Assembly: GCA_965112155.1 (NCBI GenBank)
Contig: OZ218100.1
From: Podarcis liolepis
Taxonomy: Eukaryota
DNA: 64,000 nt
Strand: one strand, 5' to 3'
The position numbers were made by a program, and so were the translations under genes. Position 1 is the first letter of the stretch; every line of letters begins with the position of its first letter. Shown here piece after piece: positions 24,892 to 37,973 of the stretch. A model generated the notes under the pieces. It ran no database searches and was not told the DNA's origin. It saw nothing but the letters and a program-made list of their open reading frames with translations.

Positions 24892-25085
24892 CTGTTCTCA
24901 ATCTGAGAATGAACATTCTGCCATCTCTCGGTCAGCTGATCTGCTTTCTCTTTGTGCCAGTCGAAGTCGAGATCACGTTCCTTGTGTGTTTTAAACATCT
25001 GATCACTAATTGCTTTAGCTTTCTGGAGTTCGTCTTCTAGAGCATGGAATACTTCTCTTTTTACATCAACCTCTGATCTCCATTG
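24892..25085 (-). CDS. DST: Dystonin plakin exon [20 protein letters not shown]...HSQIEN(R)
   Basis: taccag|CAA ... AG|gttagt; 194 nt, phase 0 to 2. Confidence 0.95.
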
Positions 25086-25505
25086 CTGGTACACAAAACA
25101 TGTGACATCTCAATACAGATCATAATGCTGCTGTTTCAAATCAATATGCATCATATTACTAACTAGTAATAGGGTATCCATGTGGGAAACAAACAAAGCA
25201 CCCAAATTTTCAGTGAAATGCTATAAAAAATGGTTTTGTATTTGCACCATTACTGCTTCTGTAACTATAATGAAGAGGAATACTTTGCTAATTATAGGCA
25301 TACCTAAGTTTATCTCTCATGTGGCTAATCTTCCCTGGTCTTCCTCTTCTCAGCAGCTAAGGAAAATTAGCTGCATAAGAAGGAAGGGAAAAGGTTGCAT
25401 TCTTTCCTGGTATAATTTGGCTGTGTTTTTCTTTTCTGAAGAACCATACGGGAAGGAAAGGGACCAGTGACTGCTTCAGGATCCTCCATCTTTTGTTGCC
25501 TATAA

Positions 25506-25635
25506 CAGGCATAGAGAACCTCCAAATGTTGTTGGACTACAACACCCATCATCCCTAACCATTGGCCATGCTGGCTGAGGCTGATGGGAGCTAGAGTCCA
25601 GCAACATCTGGAGGAGGACAGGTTCCCAATCCCTG
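25506..25635. mobile_element. Palindromic hAT-like MITE
   Basis: cagg...ccctg ends, internal ggactacaacacccatc/gatgggagctagagtcc hairpin, imperfect 8-bp flanks gcctataa/ccctatag. Confidence 0.7.
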
Positions 25636-25879
25636 CCCTATAGGGATGGGAGGAAAACCTCAGGATTCTAAACGTCTGGTCTTCTTTTCACATGATGGTG
25701 TAATATGCAGCTCAGCTCTTAGCTAAGTGTTACTGGGAAATGACGTAGTAATCAGCATTCATTCCTAATGCACAATATTTCACCAGTCAACTGGCCACAT
25801 CTCAATGCCACTCATGTTACTTCATTTCCATTCTTCTAAAGGCCAAACAGAAGGCAGGCGATTCAAGACAGATAAAATA

Positions 25880-26166
25880 AAGTACTTCTTCTAAAGTACT
25901 ACCTTGTTAAACTATGGAATTTGCTCCCACAGGAAGCAATGAAGGCCACCAACTTGGATACAGGAAGTGTAGACAAATTCATGGAAGAGAGGGCTATTGA
26001 TGGCTATGCTCTGTCTCCAAGGTCTGAGACAGTAACGCTTCTGTATACCAGTTTCTGAAAGCCACAGGAGAGAGTGTGCTCTTGTGCTCAGTCCTGTTGC
26101 AAGTTTCCCATAGGCATATGGCTGGCCAATGAGAGAAGAGGATGCTGCTGTTCTTACGTTCTTATG
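25880..26166 (+). mobile_element. CR1 LINE 3' fragment
   Basis: aagtacttcttc...tatggaatttgctcccacagga...tagacaaattcatggaaga...ttcttacgttcttatg tail. Confidence 0.75.
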
Positions 26167-26255
26167 ACAGTATATATCAATCTCCTTTACTTCTTTATAT
26201 TACTTTAAAACACACCTATTTCTCATTATTATTTTTCTGTACATCATAAGAATAC

Positions 26256-26394
26256 CTTCAACGTAGCCATAAGGTTCTCAATATTGCTCTTGTCGGCAGT
26301 TAATGGTTCTTCCTCACATAGTTTAGTCTCATAGAGTTTTACCAGTGCTTCAGCTCCTTGAGTGTTTTTCAGCACCAAATTTATAGTTTTTAAC
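26256..26394 (-). CDS. DST: Dystonin plakin exon (K)[25 protein letters not shown]...ATLK
   Basis: tttcag|G TTA ... AAG|gtattc; 139 nt. Confidence 0.95.
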
Positions 26395-26727
26395 CTGAAA
26401 CAAAAGGGATCACTTGTCATTCATAATTTCCAAATAGTTCTAAAGTTTTAAAACTTGTTTTAGTATATGATGACTATACGACTAAGATCATTCTTCTATT
26501 TGTTTGTTTAAATTTATTTCTGGCCTTTCAACTTTATAAACACTTTCAAGGTGGCCATATGAAATTCTGTATCTATTATTCAATTCAACAAAATATATTT
26601 AAAACTGTGAATATACTCAGCTTCCCCTCCAAACACACGCTACATCATCCTATCAAACCTGTCACATGTGATGATGATGATGATGAAAAAGTGTAATAAA
26701 ATGTGAATGACTTGATGGCTTACTTAC

Positions 26728-26906
26728 TTTTCTATGTAAATGGAAGACATGGAGTAAACCTGATTCATATTTTGAATTACTAGGTTAAGCTCCGACCGCA
26801 GAGTAGGAACTGAGGGCGAACCAGCGGCTTGACTGAAAAAATCATCGCATTTGTCTGTGATTGTTTCCAAGTCCTCCTTGAGTCGATCCAGATCCTTCTT
26901 CAGTTT
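26728..26906 (-). CDS. DST: Dystonin plakin exon [13 protein letters not shown]...[30 protein letters not shown](K)
   Basis: ctgtag|AAA ... AA|gtaagt; 179 nt. Confidence 0.95.
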
Positions 26907-27796
26907 CTACAGAACCAAAGATGAAATGTTTTTCCCCCTATAGCAAGGAGCAATTCTCAAACAATCATAATAAGCATCCTTAGGTCAAGAGACACTAACA
27001 CTATAGAAGATAATATGAGCAAAGGGTTATAGGACCCTTTGGAGCAGCATGAGAGGCCCTGCCTTTGTACCCCTGTGGGAAACCTCCAGTGAATCTCAGC
27101 TCCTTCTGAAATTGAAATGAGCCCTTCCATTTTTCTAAATTACTTTTTATTGGGGTTTTTGTGTTACAAAGCAAACAGATAAACAGTGAACGGTACATCT
27201 ATTGTCTCCACTTTTAATTCTTTGTGTTTTTCACAGTTCGTTTACGTTTGGTGAGAGACATTTTTGTCATAGACATCTTGCAGTTGGGGTAAAGGGGAGG
27301 TGGGGAGAGAGATGGGGATATCATTCTTTCATTCTATTGCCTATTCTTAGTGTAAAGGGGGGTTGTGTCCTTCCATTGTTTGTTTGCCCTTCCATTTGTT
27401 GAGGACTAGCTAGGGTTCAAGCCAGTAGAAGCAAAATTAGGTAATCCAAGCTAGAACTCCAAAGTCGTAACCACTGCCACACAAAACCAAAAGACTTCTT
27501 TGATAAGATCCTTGCTCACTTTTATCTTCAAAGAACCAGTAAAGCTCACCTGCTTGGTCTGGGAATTCCAAAATGAAGGCATTTGTAAACAAACTGCCCC
27601 AAACCAACTGGTGGCTCAAATGTTTACTTCACTTTAATTAGCTCTACAAGTGCACATTACTCATTTTAATTTGTAGATGCAACCATGCAGATAATTGTAG
27701 CGGTCCCTTCTGAATAAGCTTTTTATGAGCTCATGTAACACGACTGTTACATTTCATGAGCTTTGGAGAGCCCGCAGAGAAGCTCAGAAGACTCAC

Positions 27797-27954
27797 CTCT
27801 TGTTCAGAGATCCGAAATACACTTTCATGTAAGTCATCTCTCTCCAGTGGGGTTCGAATCTGCCTAATCAAACGATCTTCACAATTCTCCAAACGAAGTC
27901 TCATGTTTCGAACTTCTGAGATGTATAGGTTGTAAATGGATTCTTCATGCTCCT
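27797..27954 (-). CDS. DST: Dystonin plakin exon (E)[37 protein letters not shown]...SEQE
   Basis: caacag|AG ... GAG|gtgagt; 158 nt. Confidence 0.95.
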
Positions 27955-29794
27955 CTGTTGGAAGGAAATGGAAGAATTCAAGTAAAACCAAGTATATTTA
28001 ATGTTCTTCTGCCATCACACAACAGATATTCTAAAGTCACAGTGCTATAACCTTGTCTGCAGTGTCTCTGCTTCATCTAAAGGAAATGTGCAATTAACAT
28101 TAATGGAAAGTGGTCAAAAGGAGAAAGGGATGCGCTAACAATGTAGGCAGAAGAGGAAGCATATCTTCAAATTCTTGTTTCCATGGTTCTCCATCTCTCT
28201 TTTTTTAAAAGCTAATATGTTTGCTACAACTATTAAAATATACAAAAACTGAAACTTACACTCCACTTATAGTGAGACCTGCAGGTGTAGGGCAGTATAT
28301 AAATTCAATAAATAAATAAATAATATAAAACTCACCTTTCCATAAAATAATATACATTTTAAACAGGCAGAATATTGCCCACTATGTAGTTTCACCATTC
28401 AGATTGGTCAAAAGCCAGTAAAGAATGTTCTTTACCACAAAAAAAGATATATTTTAATAACCAGTTTGAATGCATTTGAAAATTTTCAGATTGTTGTTAA
28501 TTTAGACCCACAATTTCCCCAGCCAATCATATTTCAAAGGTACCTCTGTACATTTGCAATAACAAGCATAAACAAATCTAGCAAACTGCACCCCCATTTC
28601 AAACAGATTTTCTCCCCAAGGGGAAATGTGGAAGTTCACAAATTGGGGTCACCTTGAGCATCTTCTCAAGTGGAGAAATGTAAACATCATAACAGCAGGA
28701 CACAAAATCAACTTCTTGCTTGCCATGTATCATCATCATCATGTCTAAATATGGGCATCCCCCAAAAAACTAATATGCACATCACTTTAGTCATAGGTAT
28801 TATCATCCCATTTGTGTATGCACAGTGATTAATTGGATTGTTTATGGTTCGTCCAGAGATGATTTCATAATAAGATGGTATTAAATCTATAGAAATGAAT
28901 CCCTTATCATTTTCTCCAGATACACAGTCAAGCACAGTATATCTCTGCTCCATACTTATATATTTACTTTAATCAGCTTTCATCTGCTATTGCATTCCTT
29001 TCTATATCAGCATCAGCCTGAATGCATAATATAATACATCTATTCAGCTTTATGGAAGCATTTAAGGCTCAGTGATATCATATATTTTCAGAATGGAGAT
29101 GGAATATTTACAACAGCAAGGAAGAACTTCAAAGACTTTCTTTTAAGCAGATACTGTTTTTCCAAAGGATATAGGGTCCATTTATGACATACTTGCAGAT
29201 TTATTTATTTTTTAAGGACAGTAAGTAAACAAATGTAAGTGATGTGGTATGATACTCCTGGTATTTTATTTTGAGAGGAAAAATATGTTCCTTGTACATT
29301 TGTGTGTAACAGTAACAGATGTTCTTCCTCTTATTGTGCAACCTGCCAAAATAATTGTTCTATTTACTCACACAAATTATTACCAGCTCATTTTAGGAAC
29401 CCAATTGAGATCTCAGATTGTGTGCCAGTAAAATGCATATTACATTTTCAGCAATTATGCAGGGGCACAAGTTCTTTTATCTGTAATATAACATTTCAAT
29501 ATTTGAATCAGTTCTGAGTGTTATGAACAACAAAACAAACAGAAGGGAGTCATGGGGAGATCAGCTCTTCTTTTTCCTTCCCATTTTATAAGTGATTTTC
29601 TCAGGAGCATCTGTGTTAATGACAGCTCACTGATTTCAAACAGACACAAAACAAGTATAGAGAGTTACAGTCAGCTGACCATGTGGGACGCAGGACACAG
29701 AATATCACACTTCCTCTTCTGCTATTTGAAAAGCAACATCTTAATGTCTGAACTGGCTCTGAGTGCTCACTGTTAGACCTATGTAACTGCTTAC

Positions 29795-30136
29795 GTGCTG
29801 TGGGTTAAACCACAGAGCCTAGGACTTGCCAGTCAGAAGGTCGGCGGTTCAAATCCCTGCAACGGGTGAGCTCCCGTTGCTCAGTCCCTGCTCCTGCCAA
29901 CCTAGCAGTTCGAAAGCACGTCAAAGTGCAAGTAGATAAATAGGTACCGCTCCAGTGGGAAAGTAAACGGCATTTCCGTGTGCTGCTCTGGTTCACCAGA
30001 AGCGGCTTAGTCCTGCTGGCCACATGACCCGGAAGCTGTACGCCGGCTCCCTCGGCCAATAAAGCAAAGATGAGTACTGCAACCCCAGAGTCAGTCACGA
30101 CTGGACCTAATGGTCAGGGGTCCCTTTACCTTTTTA
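29795..30136 (+). mobile_element. Sauria SINE (Squam1), second subfamily
   Basis: gtgggttaaaccacagagcc...ggttcaaatcc...gcaagtagataaataggtacc...ccctttacctttt. Confidence 0.92.
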
Positions 30137-30454
30137 CTACATATTCATGCCAAAAGCATACATGCCAAAGTGTGTGTCTGTTTTGACAACACTGCAGCAG
30201 CAACTGTAGAAAAAATAACAAATACTCATGCAAGCTGCTCATTTTTTCCATTTGACACTGTTAAAAAGAATGGGCCTTTGGACTTTCCCAACTCACGTCT
30301 TCCACTGGTATCTATTTCCCTCTCTGCTTCTGAAATGAGCACCGCTGTGAAAGAGCCACAGCAGTATAGTTCACATATGTAACATTGAAAGGGTAGTCAA
30401 TACCATAAGCATCTTGTATGGGAGACTTCTGCACAGTTGATGTGCTATATTTAC

Positions 30455-30638
30455 CTCTCTCTGCAGACTTAAGGAGCTCTTGGTAGTACTGCTTGCACAC
30501 ATTCACCTCCCTTTCCAGCTGAGCAATGTCAGCAACTGAAAAGGCTTTGGACTCCTGGCTGTCTTCAAGGAAGTCATCAAAGCGGGACTGCAAGTTGCTT
30601 AAAACCTGCTGGTGTTCACCTGGCAAGAGTGTCTTTAT
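30455..30638 (-). CDS. DST: Dystonin plakin exon [30 protein letters not shown]...LLKSAER
   Basis: tcctag|ATA ... G|gtaaat; 184 nt. Confidence 0.95.
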
Positions 30639-31284
30639 CTAGGAAATATTAAAAATCAGGAGGAGTAATTAAAGTCTTTCTAATGTTGGGCACCATTTTA
30701 TAAACTACATACTGTTTTGTCAGTTTCTTAAGGCAGTATTTTAATGTTCCAAAAAGGTAATACACATGTTGCTTTGTGAGGGCACCACATCGGAAGATGC
30801 CTGTAGAGGAATTGCTCTTTAGTTACTAGAAGAAAAGTCAATTGCAACGACTCATTTCAATGAGCAACTTTCAAATACATACAAGTTAAAAACCCACATA
30901 AATGTCCTGGACACTCCAATGAGACCACACAACATGCGCTGGGTGTTTACAGACATTGACATATGCACATTTTAAGTTCTTAGTATAAGAAACACCAATA
31001 CAACACTGACATACCTTCAGCAATGATGCCCACTATGGAAAACATGGAGCTTCCCACAATCTTAGCCAATCATGCCATAAAGGAAGGTTGTAGCTTCTGA
31101 ATGCAACCAGCAAACTGTTGTTGCACAGATATAACACAGGAATACGGCACGTTACAGAACCAAATATTCAGGAACTGTGTGTGGCTACACTCAGCTTTAG
31201 CCACTACAGATAACTGCTTCCGAATCATGGAATATTAGGCTAGGTATATTTTGTTATGAGTGCTGGAACAGGCACAGAACTTAC

Positions 31285-31411
31285 CGAAGCAACATTACTG
31301 GCTCGAACAGTTTCAATTTCATTTGTCAAATAGTGCCAGGAGACCACACTCTTCATGTTTACATGTGATTCATGCCACAGGGCCAGGACATTCTGATATT
31401 GCTGTTCAATT
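31285..31411 (-). CDS. DST: Dystonin plakin exon (R)[28 protein letters not shown]...NVAS
   Basis: tttcag|A ATT ... TCG|gtaagt; 127 nt. Confidence 0.95.
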
Positions 31412-31588
31412 CTGAAATGCACAAAGAGGGGGTGGGGAATGACCGAGTCTAAATTAATAATTTGTCAAGTGGCAGTCGAAAGGGTACATGTTATAAATTT
31501 CCTGTAGGCTGTGCATAGAAAAGCTCCTGGAAGGCAAATAAGATCAATAAGGATTTCCATGTTTTGTGCACGCTATGCCAGCACTTAC

Positions 31589-31743
31589 CTGTTTGCAGTG
31601 TCTATTGCTTCTTTGTTGGGTGGAGGAACAGTAAAACAGACGGAGGGAACCATGGCCTCATTACCGCTTGGACTAATCACTTTCCATTTTGCCCGATGGG
31701 AGTTGCTTGCCAGCACACATTCATCATCTCTGTAAATGGTTAT
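31589..31743 (-). CDS. DST: Dystonin plakin SH3 exon [37 protein letters not shown]...
   Basis: aaccag|ATA ... AG|gtaagt; 155 nt. Confidence 0.96.
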
Positions 31744-32009
31744 CTGGTTTTCAACAGAAAGATCAGAAAATCTGAATGAGTCTAATATACATATATTGTT
31801 CTTACAGCGCACTCCCTTGAACATGTGCCACTAGGAAAGTGACAGGGGAGCAAAATTGGGGGCTGGGGGGGGCAGGACCCCACAACTTAAGCCCCAATTG
31901 GGAAGGCAGGGACTTGTTTCGTTTGATAGGGAAGAGAATTCCAAGAACATGCCATTAACTGTCTTCATTAACTGCCCATAATTGATTTGAAGAAATCTAA
32001 GGTTCCAAC

Positions 32010-32162
32010 CTCAATTTGTCTATAGTCACAGATGGCTTTGATTGGGATGGATGTTTTCAGTGGATTATCTGGATTCCTCGGCTTCAGCTGAACTATTGTC
32101 TTTGCTCTCCCCACAAGGCCAGCCACTGTGTTCTTGTACTGCAGGAGCTGTTCTTTCTCTTC
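32010..32162 (-). CDS. DST: Dystonin plakin exon [10 protein letters not shown]...IVQLKPRNP...AICDYRQIE (SH3 start)
   Basis: ttttag|GAA ... GAG|gttgga; 153 nt. Confidence 0.95.
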
Positions 32163-33063
32163 CTAAAAGCCAATTTATAAAGAAAACAAGAGGAGGGGAA
32201 ACATTAGAAGCAGCTGCAAATTAAATGTGTTCTTCTTTGAAACTTAAAAATATGTTTTCTGCTGTTTGTGATATTGTACAAAGCATTGTTCACATAAACC
32301 AGAATGGCATCTATGGTGCTATTAGTACTCTCTAACCACCATTGTTTATTAGGTCAACAGCCCTAGACGGCGATGGTCCATTTGTGTAATTCACCACGAA
32401 ATAGTTGGGGGCAGCAATGTATGTCCCATTTTCAATAGTAAGGGCTAGGAGGGGCAGAGCTGAATTCCTGTGCACTGCTTACCAACCACATTGAGAAGCA
32501 GTGGTAAAAATCCATGTCCATGACCTAAGATTCTGTTTGTGAAGAGGATTACGTTTTTATTTTATGTAACTGCATGCTTTGCAAGCTGAAGATGTTCCCT
32601 GGCTGTTAGCCAGTTGCTAATAATAATAATAAAAAGAACAGGATAGTTTCTATATCTGGGCATGTCCTAACCAGTTTACTGGCTTGTGGTCACTGTGCAA
32701 TCTGTTGACACTAAAAGCCAGTCTGTAGGTTGTCCAAAAGCCCCAAATCAATCAAGAGCTGCAATTACTGCTCTTCTTCAGTGGTGGAAACAGAAAGGTA
32801 CAGAATACTGCCAAAAACGGTCATCTGGAATTATGAGAAACATCTCATCCATGTATTTCACTGACATTGTTTAAGATAATGAGCTTCTTGAATTATTATT
32901 TTTGAAGCCAGAATTGTGAAAATAATGGTGATAAAATTAGTTCCCCTTAAGAAAGAACAATTTGTGATGAGATTTCCTTTACTTTTGGGTTCACTGTCTA
33001 CCTTTAGTACTCTGCTAGTAGAGCACAAATGGCTTTAGCCGAGTATGTATGGAAGATACCTAC

Positions 33064-33189
33064 CATTGACTCTTGGATCAGATCTTCCAGTTTATGAATA
33101 CTGCTGGACCTATCACAGCTGTATTTTCGATGAACAGCATCTCTTAAATTCTTCAAGTAATCTATGGCCTCTTTGGCATCGTTGAAAAA
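33064..33189 (-). CDS. DST: Dystonin plakin exon [42 protein letters not shown]
   Basis: ttttag|TTT ... ATG|gtaggt; 126 nt. Confidence 0.95.
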
Positions 33190-34056
33190 CTAAAAAAAAC
33201 AACAACCACTTTTGATTTAAAAAATACACCATTGCAAGCTTTGTCCTCAAGCGAGTAGTCAGTACAGCAGTCTGAAGCCCAGGCTGATAATCCAAGAGTG
33301 TGGTATACTTTCTTATTAGATGAAGGAGACATAAGTTTCTAAAATCAGTTAGAAAACTAAATGAGCCCATTCACCCCAGGGTATCCCAGCACCAAAGGGG
33401 ATAAAACCACCAGTCCTCTTTACCCACTGGGCTGCAAAGTTAACAACTCTCTCTGCCTTCAAACATGCTGCTTACAACAGTCTGCAATGCCTACTAGATA
33501 CTTATGAAGTTAACTGGGTACCCTTTTAATGATCTGTATATGCATTACTTCTTTGCAGTTGGGAAAAATAATAATTCCTGTACAAGGACTTTCTTTCCAG
33601 TGCAACCTAGGTAAGTTTCTTCTTTCCTTTCCTGTCCCTCTCCCTCCACTCATTGATGATTGTGGTGTGGTTTGTATTGTTTGAATGGAGAATTCAGAAC
33701 ATGCAGCAAAATAATAATTGCTTCTAAAACCAAGTGGGAAAGGTTACTCAATTTCTTGGCCCATTTGAACCACATGAAAATATTGGTGTGAAAAAAGTAG
33801 CTTAAGCCTTTTAGTTCACATCCACTCTGAAAAAATATGCAACAAAACTCATAATAAAAACAGAACAGCACTTTTTACAGACATCTGCAGCAGTAAAATA
33901 GGAAGTCCTGTGAAATGTGAAAATTCAGCTTTAGATTTACTGAGGGTCAATATGCTATTATTTGGCATAAAAAAGGATTTAAAAATCCTTTTCTTCTTGC
34001 TGCTGTTAAGAGTTAAATCTGTGGTTACTCTACAATAATACCCATGTGTTACGTAC

Positions 34057-34152
34057 CTCAAAATATGCAGTGTTTTCTCTCAGATGCTGTTCAACACATT
34101 GGCAAAGCTGCAAAATCCAGCTCCACTGTGTTTGCATTGCAGCTCGGTAGGC
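34057..34152 (-). CDS. DST: Dystonin plakin exon [32 protein letters not shown]
   Basis: cctaag|GCC ... GAG|gtacgt; 96 nt. Confidence 0.96.
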
Positions 34153-35117
34153 CTTAGGGATACAAGCAGAGGAAAGAAGTCATGTTTTGCTGTGCAACAG
34201 AAGCAATTCAAATGAGGAAGGGGGGAGATTTGAGGAACTGAAGCCCCTGCCCTGCCCAATTTTCCTACTCAAATGCCTTCGACTTGTTATAACAATAGGA
34301 AAAGAAATCACACCAGCCTCTGAACAGATCAAGTGCATTTCTCTACAAAAAGCAATAAAACTCTCTGAACAATTTACTTATTAGAATAACTGTCATTTAT
34401 AACTTGAATTTCTTGAATGCAGTATTTGCTCTATCCCTGCTATGGTAGAACAGTAATACTGTTGGCCAGCAGAGGCTGCTGTAAATACTTTAGATTTAGA
34501 ATTCTCCCCAAGCATCTCCCATGGAAACCAGTGGGTGCCTTGTTCTCTGTTAGAAGACGTATTTCAACTCAATTTGCTAAATACCCTACAGATAGTGAAA
34601 TTGATCTGTTTTATCATTATGAAAACAAGCCACAATAAAGCTTGCACGCTCCCCCCTCACCTCTCCACCTCTGCTGCAGCTGCAAGAAGGTTTCTGAAAG
34701 CTTTCTCTTCTTTTTTTTGATTACTTGCAGCTTGTCGTTCCACCTGGAGCTAACCTTTTCCATGCCTTGTTTGAAACAAGTCGAGCACAAATCATGGAGT
34801 CATCAAGCTACCTTATTTCATCAAACCATAGTTAAAAGTTAACTTCCGTCTAGGGCTCAGACATCAGACGAAATTGTGGTTAATCAAAAGTGAAAGTTTC
34901 CAATCTCCTCACAGCTCTCCACAGAGGTGGAAGAGGAAGTGTGTAGGTCCAAGATTTGTTCCAGCTAGTTCCTTCTCTAGATAAATGATGGTGCACTGTG
35001 ACATCTGAATGCTGTCTGAATTTGTCTATAAATGCAAACTTTTTAGGAGGTACCAATAGGATATATCTAGTATTAATTTACTTAGAAACAACCCCTGCAG
35101 CATCAGCCCCAACAGTA

Positions 35118-35348
35118 CAGTGGTACCTCAGATTAAGTACTTAATTCGTTCCGGAGGTCTGTACTTAACCTGAAACTGTTCTTAACCTGAAGCACCACTT
35201 TAGCTAATGGGGCCTCCTGCCGCCGGAGCATGATTTCTGTTCTCATCCTGAAGCAAAGTTCTTAACCTGAAGCACTATTTCTGGGTTAGTGGAGTCTGTA
35301 ACCTTCAGTGTATGTAACCTGAAGCGTATGAAACCCGAGGTACCACTG
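35118..35348. mobile_element. Tc1/mariner (Tigger/pogo-like) MITE
   Basis: TIRs cagtggtacctc/gaggtaccactg, TA duplication on both sides; same family as 60325-60560 in opposite orientation. Confidence 0.9.
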
Positions 35349-36561
35349 TACTGCTTAATAGCCTGAAAATATCATAGAGCTTATCTTCTTGCATTAAAGC
35401 CTTATGCTTCAGAGCACAAACCCTGCATGACTATCTGCTTTGTACACATCCTAGTTTCCTAACTGACAACCGCATGATCACATTTGGAAGTCTGAAGGCA
35501 CCTGTGGTAGTTAGCATGCATTTTAAAACCAAAACAGAAGCACTCATAAATTTCCAGGTGTTGTTTGGACGTTAGATGCATTTTGGACTAGAATCAAGTC
35601 ACACATTGTAGGCACACGACATGATGCCAGTCTGAAATAAATTCAATGTCCAAACAATATCTGGAGTTTATGAGCAACAGCAAGTGCCTGAACTTCACAC
35701 CTTAAATGGAAGCAATGTAATGAAACCTTTGCACGTAAGAAAGGCCCAGAAGTTCCATGTCAAATGAAAACACAGAACCACTGCCCTGTCGCAGGTTACA
35801 AAACTCAGCCTCACTGGAATATTAATGGGAACTGATGTAACATAGCTCTCAGTAAAGTGTCTAAGGCTGAGTGTCTGATGGACAAAAGCATTAACAACAG
35901 AAATCTGGGATGGGGCCAAGGAGGAGAAGGAAAGGAATGGAAAGAAATGGAGTATCTTGCAACAGGGTATGGTTGGCTGGCTGAACACTGGAACTGGCAA
36001 GAATGTATGGCTGGCCAGCCCTTGGAACAGCAGCCCTCCACAACGGCTACATTTTGTTGTGGTCCCATTTATTTCATGTCATTGTCATGTCATGTCAAAA
36101 TTAAGTGTATGCTGTTGCACTTTAAAGATAAACACATTTGTTCTGACATAAGCTTTTGTGAACTACAATACACTGCAACAAATGCATGTAGGGATTGATG
36201 AATCTGTCTGTTTCAGTTTCTGTCAATTTCTCATTTTTCCAGTATTATTATTATTATTAACGTTGCACTGTATACCACCCTTCAATATAAAAGCACAAAA
36301 TACATGATCAAAAACAAGAGCAAAACCAACCAACCAATAACCCCCTCCCCGCTGTACAATTGGGGCAGTGGGTTTATGACATGTCTATGTAGAGCCTGAC
36401 TGTGAAATCAAATAGTCTTATTTTACTGATCATTTTCTGGAAATGAAGCATGGGGACTACAGACTGCACCCAGAAAACAAGTCTATATTCTGTTTCAGCA
36501 GCCCATAAAAAGAGCCTTGAGAGACTCTGTTTCTATTCCTAAGTTATGTTTAACAACCTAC

Positions 36562-36666
36562 CTCAATCGTTAGCCTTGCAGGGTGGTTTTCAAATAGCAA
36601 TTGTTCTGCTATTTCCTGAACAGATTTGATAATTTCTTCCTTCTGATCAAGTTCTCTCATCAGTTC
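36562..36666 (-). CDS. DST: Dystonin plakin exon [35 protein letters not shown]
   Basis: tggaag|GAA ... GAG|gtaggt; 105 nt. Confidence 0.94.
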
Positions 36667-36763
36667 CTTCCAAATAAAAAGACAATTAGCTTTAGAAGCC
36701 AGGAGAAAAAGGGGGGGAAAGTCACATTCAATACTTATTTTTGACTATTTTAACAATGCTTAC

Positions 36764-36925
36764 TGCATGGTAGTCCTTTTTCCGTGCTATATTTGTATTT
36801 CTTTCACTCCAGTCATATGCAACCTCCTCCTCTTCTTTCTCATTCAACCATATGAGTTCTCTGGTAGCGCGAGATACAAAATTGTGTAGGGTATCAAGGT
36901 GTCTTTCCTGATTTCTTGAGGTGTT
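36764..36925 (-). CDS. DST: Dystonin plakin exon [43 protein letters not shown]...DYHA
   Basis: ttcaag|AAC ... GCA|gtaagc; 162 nt. Confidence 0.96.
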
Positions 36926-37034
36926 CTTGAAAAAGATAGTAAAAGAAATCCATTATTTTTTTTTTTTACTTTAAACCTTTTGTTATCGAAGTGGCAACCA
37001 AATAAAAGGTGGGACTGCCAATCAGCAATCTTAC

Positions 37035-37112
37035 CAAGAGTTTTGCATATTGGCTCTCCAGTTTGTGCAATTTGTCTGCATAGCTGAGTTTAAGGGGAGC
37101 AGTCATCTGGAT
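37035..37112 (-). CDS. DST: Dystonin plakin exon [26 protein letters not shown]
   Basis: ttacag|ATC ... TTG|gtaaga; 78 nt. Confidence 0.95.
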
Positions 37113-37274
37113 CTGTAAAGAACAAATTGGTTCAAAGAATATTATATATATAATGAAGCACATTGCACACATGTGTATATGTGGGGTATATTCCTAATTT
37201 TTATATGCTGCTTAATATACAAAATCCCTACACACTTAATATAACCACAACACTCCCCACCCCCAAAGCTGTAC

Positions 37275-37403
37275 CTCACTGATTTTTGCTTCTTTAAGGC
37301 TTGACTCAAATTCTTCAATAGCTTTGTGGACATTCTTGTGATTTTCTAAATGACTTTCAACGCTTGGCAAATCCGAACCCCATTCAGCTCGATCAAGTTG
37401 CAC
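37275..37403 (-). CDS. DST: Dystonin plakin exon [43 protein letters not shown]
   Basis: ttcaag|GTG ... GAG|gtacag; 129 nt. Confidence 0.96.
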
Positions 37404-37510
37404 CTTGAAAGCAGAAGTTGAAAATTGAAGTCGAGCCCTCAAGCGGGTGAGGAAAATGATCAGGCTCAGACTGAATTTTTTTTTAAAAAATGTACATGTA
37501 AAGATGTTAC

Positions 37511-37973
37511 CTGCATTTCATCTACCCATCTGAGAAGATCCTGAACAAACTTCATGTTGACTTCCTCCTCTGTTAAATTCTGATCAATAAATGCCGATTT
37601 CATCAGAGGTTTTCGGATCTGCATCAATTTGAGTGTTTGCAGTGCACCAGTGTCAACTCCTGTTATGTAGCTTTGAATTAACCGTGGTGGGAAACCTGGG
37701 GTGTATGCTGGGGTGATGGCTGGAGTCATTCTTGAAGAAAGACCCGATGATAAACCTGATGTTAGACTCGATGATGTCAAGGAGGGTGATAAGCCCTGGC
37801 TCAGTCCAGAGTTTAAGCTGGGGCTGAAGTTTGGTGCAAATCCTGAGTTTAAGCTTTGTGTTATTCCTGATATCATCATCTTGGTCTGTTCTGTAGTCAG
37901 TGTCCTCCCCTTGCTGTAGATTGAGGAGCACTCTGCTCTTAAGGCCATAAGGTCATCTCGCACTTTTGCAACC
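37511..37973 (-). CDS. DST: Dystonin exon with Ser/Gly/Thr-rich linker (R)[15 protein letters not shown]...SGLSSGLSS...WVDEMQ
   Basis: aaacag|G GTT ... CAG|gtaaca; 463 nt. Confidence 0.95.

Noticed and set aside
34661-34743. Exon-like segment ctccag|GTGGAA...AG|gtgagg
   Set aside because: 83 nt (frameshifting), weak pyrimidine tract, and embedded in a dispersed repeat-like region resembling 39600-39900.
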